Notes under the pieces: generated by a model
Told to the model about the DNA's origin: nothing
Databases searched by the model: none
Seen by the model: only the letters and a program-made list of their open reading frames with translations
Position numbers and translations under genes: made by a program
DNA from: Candidatus Latescibacterota bacterium
GTDB taxonomy: Bacteria; Latescibacterota; UBA2968
Reading direction: 5' to 3'
DNA: 64,000 nucleotides
Assembly (NCBI GenBank): GCA_965204375.1
Contig: OZ241986.1
Location: forward strand, 1,280,001 to 1,344,000
In this document: in pieces, positions 57,596 to 64,000 of the stretch
Layout: the number at the start of each line of letters is the position of its first letter
How positions within the stretch are numbered: position 1 is the stretch's first letter

Positions 57596-59966
57596 GGTAG
57601 AGATGAAGGCCGTTCGGGCGGAAGCGGGGGGACCGCGTCGCAGCTCGGCAGACGCCATAGCGGGATGGCTGGCCGGGATTCTCGCGATGGCGATTTGCCT
57701 TACTGGAGGCTGGGAGGGACTTGCGAAAATGAGACTGATGACTATGGATGTATCTGCTACGGAGGTGCCCGATGTGCTGGACGCCTATCTGGACCGCAAC
57801 TACTACACTACAGAGGATGTTGCCCGTCTCGCGGCCTCAGTCCATCTGGGGGCCACGAAGGCACAGACTGCCGACTTGAGGCTCTCTGTGTCTCTGACTG
57901 ATGAGGACGGCGAGGCGATCACCACACATGAACTCAGGGTCGCTACGACGAATGCGACCGCACTCATCACGGAAGAACTGCCTCCCAACGCCCATGTATC
58001 CCTTATCCACGCGAGGGAGGAATCGCAGATTGAGTTGCCCATTCGCGAACTTCCACCCGGACGCTACCGGGTACGCCTGCGACTGGGCGATGGATCTGGC
58101 GAGCCTGTGGCCGAGTTGAACCTGCCCCTGCTCAAACATCCCCCTGCTGTGGAAGGGGCGACGGAGGTCAAGGTCGATCAGGTAAACCAGGCGTTGCTCG
58201 TAGATGGGAAGCCCTTCTTCCCGATAGGAATGGTGAGCCTGGAGATGGACGAGGCTGCTTTGAAACTGTATCGAGAAGCGGGCTTTAACACTGTCATTCG
58301 CTGGTGGGGGATGGGCCGCGCCCATTCTATACCCAGCGCGCTGGAGACACTGGAGGAAGCCCGCCGCAACGGGATCTATGTGGTCGAGCAACCGCTTTCC
58401 TTTACCGCGCAGGAGCGCAAGCTGCTCTACCGCTCGCCCACCTTTCCCCAGGACTTCAGAGAGGCCGTCGGAGAGCTTCCCGAATTTATCCGCGCCGTGC
58501 GGAGCCATCCGTCGGTGATCGCCTACTATGGTCCGGACGAGCCGCACCAGCCCTGGGACAAATCGCCCGAGCTTCTCGAGGATTTCTACGACGCGGTCCA
58601 CGACCTGGACCCTCACCATCCGGTCTATATCTCCGGCTCGCGGCGGATTGACGCCGACTGGTACCGCATTGCCGATGTGCTGGGCATACACGTCTATTGG
58701 AGCCCCGTTGTCGGGGTGATTCCCGCGTACGACTATATGAACCATCGCCCCAACTACATGGCGCGATGTGCCGAGGCCGCCAGGCGGATCACGGAGCTGC
58801 GACGCCAGCCTCTGCTGATGGTTCCGCAGGGGGAACTCTACTCAGGCTCGCGGCGGCCCCACACACCTCGGGAGCGCCGTTTGAATGTCTATCTGGCGCT
58901 CATCCACGGCGCTAAGTCGGTCCTGTACTTCACGTCTCCGATTCGCCACCGAGCGACCTATGAGGACATGAAGGCGCTTTCGGCTGAACTCCACGCGATG
59001 GCACCCTCGTTGCTTATGCGTACTCCCCCGCAGCGTATCGTGGTGGAGCCTTCGCCTTCGCCACCTGAGGTATTCCCGGTTGTCCAGGTGCTGTTCAAGG
59101 ACTGCCCCGAGGGCGACGGGCTGCTCTTGGCGGCTAACAGCAGTCCACGTACCGTTGAGGTCAGATGGGATCTCTCCGCAATGGGCCTGACGGCACGGGT
59201 CTCTGACTTCCATGAAGGTCGGGAATTCAAAGTACGGGAGGGGATCTTTTCCAACCGTCTTGAGGGTTACGCGACCCGGGCATACCGGGTGGCTGGCGTT
59301 TCGAGGAAACCGGGTTCGCGCGTGGACATCCGTGTGAGGCTGTCGGGCGTGGACGCGGTACCGGACACCGTGGAAGGACCAGGACCATCGAAGAACCTCC
59401 TTGCCAACTCGAGTTTCGAAGAAGCCGCCCTGTCGGGCTGGGCGGACTGCTGGGAGCTCTCGAGGGCGGCTCTTTCGCCCACGGCGATGGTGGGGGACTC
59501 CGGGGGGCCGGGACAGGACGGCACGACCGCCCAACACGGCCGGTATTCGCTCAAGATCCTCGGCCAAAAGGATAACACGGGAAGCGCCCGTGCCACCTAT
59601 AAGCACCCGTATCCCAAAGCGAAGCGGAGGCATCCCGGGCTGCCCGTGGATCGAGGCAGAACCTATGTGCTGTCGGCCTATCTCAAGGCAGAATACCCGG
59701 GGTTGAAAGCCCGTCTGGAAGTCGCGAACTTCCATGGAGCGGGACGCTTCAAGAAAGAGATTGAGTTGAGTTCCGACTGGCAGAGGCACCAGTTGGTCTG
59801 CGCCATTCCCGAATCCGGGGAGGGGATGGACTGGTCGGCGGTGTGGATTCGGTTGGCTAACCTGGGAACGGGAGCGATATGGGTAGATGCAGTCCAGTTC
59901 GAGGCCGGAAAACGGGCGACGGCGTATGCGCCCGATGGATATCTGGCCTCACTGAGCATGGAATAG
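57588..59966 (+). CDS. Unclassified glycoside-hydrolase-like TIM barrel protein with C-terminal CBM4/9-like domain
   Basis: LVDGKPFFPIG, AGFNTV, HPSVIAYYGPDEP, DPHHP, LIHGAK; NLLANSSFE...WVDAVQFE. Confidence 0.65.
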   Translation: MAEVEMKAVRAEAGGPRRSSADAIAGWLAGILAMAICLTGGWEGLAKMRLMTMDVSATEVPDVLDAYLDRNYYTTEDVARLAASVHLGATKAQTADLRLSVSLTDEDGEAITTHELRVATTNATALITEELPPNAHVSLIHAREESQIELPIRELPPGRYRVRLRLGDGSGEPVAELNLPLLKHPPAVEGATEVKVDQVNQALLVDGKPFFPIGMVSLEMDEAALKLYREAGFNTVIRWWGMGRAHSIPSALETLEEARRNGIYVVEQPLSFTAQERKLLYRSPTFPQDFREAVGELPEFIRAVRSHPSVIAYYGPDEPHQPWDKSPELLEDFYDAVHDLDPHHPVYISGSRRIDADWYRIADVLGIHVYWSPVVGVIPAYDYMNHRPNYMARCAEAARRITELRRQPLLMVPQGELYSGSRRPHTPRERRLNVYLALIHGAKSVLYFTSPIRHRATYEDMKALSAELHAMAPSLLMRTPPQRIVVEPSPSPPEVFPVVQVLFKDCPEGDGLLLAANSSPRTVEVRWDLSAMGLTARVSDFHEGREFKVREGIFSNRLEGYATRAYRVAGVSRKPGSRVDIRVRLSGVDAVPDTVEGPGPSKNLLANSSFEEAALSGWADCWELSRAALSPTAMVGDSGGPGQDGTTAQHGRYSLKILGQKDNTGSARATYKHPYPKAKRRHPGLPVDRGRTYVLSAYLKAEYPGLKARLEVANFHGAGRFKKEIELSSDWQRHQLVCAIPESGEGMDWSAVWIRLANLGTGAIWVDAVQFEAGKRATAYAPDGYLASLSME

Positions 59967-60034
59967 CGGGGAGTTATTATTCCTTTCCCCGTAGCTATTG
60001 TGACCATGTATTTTATGAACGGAGAGGTTGAGAG

Positions 60035-61210
60035 ATGGATGAAATACGCCTTGGCATTGCCGGGTTGGGCGGCCGTTCCCGACGCTGGATCAGTACCCTG
60101 CTAAAGATGCCGGGCTACCGCATCACGGCACTCTACGACTGGATTGAACCGCTGCACGAGCGGGCGCTATCCCTGATCGAGTACCGAGACGATGTCGTGG
60201 TGTTCAGCGACTACGAGGATTTTTTATCTTATGAAAATATGGATGCGGTCGGTCTGGTTGTCCGTCGGAAGGACCAGGGAGCGATGGCAGCGCAGGCTCT
60301 GGAGGCTGGGAAGCATGTGAATATGGAGGTGCCCGCTGCACATACGATGGAGGATTGCTGGCGGATCGTAACGGCGGCGGAACGCACGGGGCGGGTTTAT
60401 CAGCTTGCGGAACAGACGCGCTACTGGGGTTTTGTGGATGCCTGGCGAGACATGGTGGCTGAGGGACGGTTGGGGCGGGTGACTTATTGCGAGGGGCAGT
60501 ATATCGGCTATTACGGCACGCGCCAGTTTTTTCAGGATTATAAGACAGGCCAGCAGTATCGCGTGGAAGAGCTTTCGTCGCATCCAGATGCAGAGCCGAC
60601 CTGGCTGCACATGATGCCGCCGATTCACTATCTTCCACACGAGTTGAGTCCGATGCTGAAGGTTCTGGACGACAGGGTAGTTGAAGTTACAGCGATGAGT
60701 ACCGCATCGCCCAGCTATTCGCATCTAGAGATCGATCAACCGGATATTCAGGTCGCATTGATGAAGACGGAGAAGGACAGGTTGTTGCGGATGGCGGCCG
60801 GGTTTATGCAGAAGATCCCGAGTCGCCGGGGACATCACTGGTATCAGGTTATCGGGACGAGGGGATGCGTGGAGTGGAAGCGGTCGGAAAAGGGTCACCC
60901 CCTGATGTGGCTGGCGGATTCCCAGATGCACGATATGGCCGAAGTAGATTGGCGGTTCGAGCGCACGGACGCGCCCGCAGAAGCGCACGGCAGCGGTCAT
61001 GGGGATGCCGACTATTACGTCCACACTGCTTTTTGGAATGCCGTGGTTGGAAATAAGCCTCTGGAGTTCGATGTGTACAGAGCGATGGATACGGCGGCAC
61101 CTGCGGTGCTGGCTGCGGAGTCCATCGCCCGGGGAACCGAACTGATGAAAGTTCCCGATTTTCGTCCAAATGAGACGCGGTCTTCCGGGCAGATGCCGGG
61201 AGGAGTTTGA
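60035..61210 (+). CDS. Gfo/Idh/MocA oxidoreductase
   Basis: GIAGLG, GKHVNMEVP, HYLPH, SGHGDAD. Confidence 0.88.
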   Translation: MDEIRLGIAGLGGRSRRWISTLLKMPGYRITALYDWIEPLHERALSLIEYRDDVVVFSDYEDFLSYENMDAVGLVVRRKDQGAMAAQALEAGKHVNMEVPAAHTMEDCWRIVTAAERTGRVYQLAEQTRYWGFVDAWRDMVAEGRLGRVTYCEGQYIGYYGTRQFFQDYKTGQQYRVEELSSHPDAEPTWLHMMPPIHYLPHELSPMLKVLDDRVVEVTAMSTASPSYSHLEIDQPDIQVALMKTEKDRLLRMAAGFMQKIPSRRGHHWYQVIGTRGCVEWKRSEKGHPLMWLADSQMHDMAEVDWRFERTDAPAEAHGSGHGDADYYVHTAFWNAVVGNKPLEFDVYRAMDTAAPAVLAAESIARGTELMKVPDFRPNETRSSGQMPGGV

Positions 61211-61212
61211 GC

Positions 61213-62919
61213 ATGCGTGTCGCCATTTTATCCGATCCACCTGATCTTTCGGATTACCTTGTCGAGATGTTCAAGATGTGGGGATTGGTCCTGTACGAGG
61301 TGGTGGGATCGGACCAGATTTCAGAGATGGATCCCGAAGATACGCCAGTGGTAGTTTGTCCCGCGTCTCGAGGTAACCGTTCGCTAATCGATTTCGCGCG
61401 CCGAGGTGGGACGGTGATCTGCTTTCTGCCTGAAGGACCTCTATCTGAGGCAGCCGGGCTTGTGTATGAGGGGGAAAAGGAGGTGCCACTGCGGTTGCGC
61501 GTTACCGCGTACCCGGCCCCAGGCATGGCGGGGGAGCGGTTTCCAATTGTGGGCTGTGCAAAGAATTACAGGCAGGCACCTGAGGTTCAGGTTCTGGGCT
61601 ATCTTTCATATACAGACCGCTATGAAGGAGAAAGTGTCGGGATTACAGAGACGGTGGTCGGATGGGGGAGGATTGTGGTGTTCGCGTTCGATCTGGCTCT
61701 CTGTGTACTGTTGCTGCGGCAGGGCGACCCGAACCGCGCCGAGGTGGTTCCCAGGGGCACGGGGTGCGCCCGCCCGTCCAGCATGGCGATTGATATCGGG
61801 CCTCTGGACTCTGGCTGGATTCCCTTTGCCGACTTGCTTTCCAGGCTGCTTGTAGATACGGTACGGCGCTACCTGCCGGGGCCTGTGCCGCTTCTGTCGC
61901 ATCTGCCGGGGATGGCGCCCGGCATCCTCCTTTACTCCGGTGACGAAGATAATGCGGATGTGGCGAGCAATGATGCGGAATTCGAGTGTGTGGCAGCCGC
62001 AGGCGGGCGCATGAATCTCTATATTATTCCAAATCGGACCCAATCTACGGCGCTGGATGTGGAGCGGTACCGCGTCCAGCACGATGTGGGGCCGCATCCA
62101 AATCTTCGGCCTCTGGACGGGTATCCTGTGTCGGAACGCTTGGTAGAGTTCGAACGGCAGATCCGGATGTTTCAAGACCAGTTCGATACGCCCGCGCGAT
62201 CCCTTCGAAATCACTGCACAGCCTGGGCCGGGTATCTGGAACCGGTCGAGGTTATGGAGAAACTGGGTGTGGGGATGGATGGGAATTACTTTTCCGGCAC
62301 GTATGGATATAGCCGGGAGGATGCGCCGTATGCTGCGTTTGGAGGGGCTATGCCGATGCGTTTCTGCTGGCCAGATGGCCGGGTGCTCAATGTCTTTCAG
62401 CAGCATACGCAGCTTGCAGACGATATTATGTTCGGGACCGCAGACTATTCCTACCGACTGTCGCCGCAGGTCTTTGTCGGTGTGCTGGACCGGATTTTCA
62501 CGGATATCGAGACTCGCTTTCACACGCCTTATAGCGTGTGTATCCACCCCGGCAACTGGGTGAAATTTTCGCGCCCGCAAGGACGGGAACTGCTTCGCCA
62601 GGCGAATGAAAGACAATTCCCCATCTGGTCTTTCGACGGGTGGCTGGCGTTCTGGGAGGCGCGCGATACGTGGCGGTTCAACGGGATGACCAGGCAAGGA
62701 CGCAGGCTGCAATTCGCGCTTGAGGGTGAACGATCGCACGACGCGCTCTGCCTTGCGATTCCATTGAAAGACTCGGAGACATCTCTTGTCGAGATAGAGT
62801 TGGATGGGGAGCGTGCAGAGTGGCAGACGGTCCGGCGCTACGGTGAGGACCTCGCGCTTGTGCCTGTACCGCCCCAGAAAACGGCTATATCGGTTAGCAT
62901 TATGTATGGCAGTGTATGA
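61213..62919 (+). CDS. Hypothetical protein with polysaccharide-deacetylase/GH57-like barrel
   Basis: SGDED, GPHP, RNH, IHP motifs; N-terminal GATase-like segment. Confidence 0.55.
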   Translation: MRVAILSDPPDLSDYLVEMFKMWGLVLYEVVGSDQISEMDPEDTPVVVCPASRGNRSLIDFARRGGTVICFLPEGPLSEAAGLVYEGEKEVPLRLRVTAYPAPGMAGERFPIVGCAKNYRQAPEVQVLGYLSYTDRYEGESVGITETVVGWGRIVVFAFDLALCVLLLRQGDPNRAEVVPRGTGCARPSSMAIDIGPLDSGWIPFADLLSRLLVDTVRRYLPGPVPLLSHLPGMAPGILLYSGDEDNADVASNDAEFECVAAAGGRMNLYIIPNRTQSTALDVERYRVQHDVGPHPNLRPLDGYPVSERLVEFERQIRMFQDQFDTPARSLRNHCTAWAGYLEPVEVMEKLGVGMDGNYFSGTYGYSREDAPYAAFGGAMPMRFCWPDGRVLNVFQQHTQLADDIMFGTADYSYRLSPQVFVGVLDRIFTDIETRFHTPYSVCIHPGNWVKFSRPQGRELLRQANERQFPIWSFDGWLAFWEARDTWRFNGMTRQGRRLQFALEGERSHDALCLAIPLKDSETSLVEIELDGERAEWQTVRRYGEDLALVPVPPQKTAISVSIMYGSV

Positions 62920-62936
62920 AGCGCGGAGTTGCTCGG

Positions 62937-64000
62937 ATGATTCAGAGTGCATTGGGGTTGCCTTTGAAGTGGATAACAGGTGGGCGACAGATCGGCTTTT
63001 TCGGTTCTTATTGCCTGGGTGCGGCTTTATTTATTGCAGCAGTAATTCTGACGGCGCATAACTGCATTGCAGATGGTGCTCAAGATAAGGGGGAGAAGAT
63101 AGTGACAGTTCAACGTGACACCTATCTGGTCAACGCGGACCTGTCGAAGCTGGAGGGGGAGGGACTGCGTGGATGGGAGGTAGAAGGCGATTTCACGTAT
63201 GATGCGGGGCGACAGGTTGGCACGTTGAAATACGAGATATCCGCCCGTCTGGTGCAGGAGGTGAAATTGCTTCCCGGCCATTATCTGCTGCGGATAGTGG
63301 CACGCACGAATTCGAATGAGGCCAGGCTGTTTGCCGACGCGCTGGATTACGATGTAACGGATACGAACTTCATCTCACCTGCTTACGGACTTTTCCGGAT
63401 TCCGGTCGGTGTTTCGAAGGGCTTCAAGACTGTTGAGTTGCCGTTCTTCGTCGAAGACGGTGGGGAATTGGAGAGCGTGACCCTCGGTCTGCAGGCGCGA
63501 GAGGCCAGGGCCGGTCTGGAGGGACAGGACCGGAAGCCGAAGCTGATCGAGATCAAGGCGATCTCTCTCAACCGGCTTGGGGACACGGAACTGAAGCGGC
63601 GCTGGGCGCAGAATCTGCCGGTGAATCGCACCCACGGGTTGACTGGGCTGCGGGAAGCGGCCGACTTCAACCGGCCCGGATTTGCGATCTTCACCGATAC
63701 TTATACCGGGGCGGAACTCTGGCTGATTACACAGGGACGGAGGTCGCACCTGCAATACCCCGGGGTATCGTATTTCAGCGACAGCGGCAAGTACGTTTTT
63801 GTGTCCAATCCCGGCATTGTCTTGAGGACGGATGGATCTGCCCGGTTTACGGGCTACAAGCGCAAGCGCGGGGGCACGCCGTGGCTCCCCGCGTGGTTGC
63901 AGAAGCAAATGCCGCCGGGAACCGATCCCGACGACTGGGTGGAGGTGGGGACCACCTCCAAAGCCGTGACCCTGCGCAACTTGATCACGCGCGACGAAAT
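62937..64000 (+). CDS. Exported protein, partial; oligogalacturonate-lyase-like propeller start
   Basis: Not in ORF track (open to window end); GGAG RBS, hydrophobic N-terminus, FTDTYTGAELWLIT..HLQY..FSDSG motif. Confidence 0.6.
   Translation, partial: MIQSALGLPLKWITGGRQIGFFGSYCLGAALFIAAVILTAHNCIADGAQDKGEKIVTVQRDTYLVNADLSKLEGEGLRGWEVEGDFTYDAGRQVGTLKYEISARLVQEVKLLPGHYLLRIVARTNSNEARLFADALDYDVTDTNFISPAYGLFRIPVGVSKGFKTVELPFFVEDGGELESVTLGLQAREARAGLEGQDRKPKLIEIKAISLNRLGDTELKRRWAQNLPVNRTHGLTGLREAADFNRPGFAIFTDTYTGAELWLITQGRRSHLQYPGVSYFSDSGKYVFVSNPGIVLRTDGSARFTGYKRKRGGTPWLPAWLQKQMPPGTDPDDWVEVGTTSKAVTLRNLITRDE

Noticed and set aside
61606-62952. 448-aa minus-strand ORF (also 58842-59789, 57837-58745, 56360-57211, 24687-25529)
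   Set aside because: Antisense shadows of well-supported plus-strand genes; no motifs or RBS
1-64000. tRNA, rRNA, integrase or prophage genes
   Set aside because: None recognised; the phage-like RNA cassettes have no accompanying phage genes

Overview
A 64 kb bacterial window. Gene content (sulfatases, PhyH dioxygenases, enolase-superfamily enzymes, GWxTD, PorV-like and T9SS-CTD-like proteins) suggests a diderm FCB-group heterotroph such as Ca. Latescibacterota; this taxonomy is inference. 1-33 kb: catabolic and transport genes (3 sulfatases, 4 PhyH-like Fe/2OG oxygenases, 3 mandelate racemase/MLE-family enzymes, dehydrogenases, class III aminotransferase, heparinase II/III-like lyase, ABC exporters, a DUF6785-like membrane protein, an AAA/DUF4143 ATPase). 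33-40 kb: a GAF/HisKA_3 sensor kinase is split by a 4717-bp IS1595-family cargo transposon (34625-39341) with perfect 24-bp TIRs, an 8-bp TSD and a second internal right end. Its cargo is a leishmanolysin-like (M8) lipoprotein peptidase, several unannotated microproteins and two diverged copies of a promoter + double structured-RNA cassette resembling phage P4 CI / P1 C4 antisense switches, the most unusual signal here. 40-64 kb: NarL regulator, TPR-GWxTD protein, a 21-repeat beta-propeller protein, an OM barrel / TonB-dependent receptor / T9SS-CTD-like / PorV-like module, then sugar-catabolism-type and unclassified CAZyme-like genes. All calls come from reading motifs by eye; no database searches were run.
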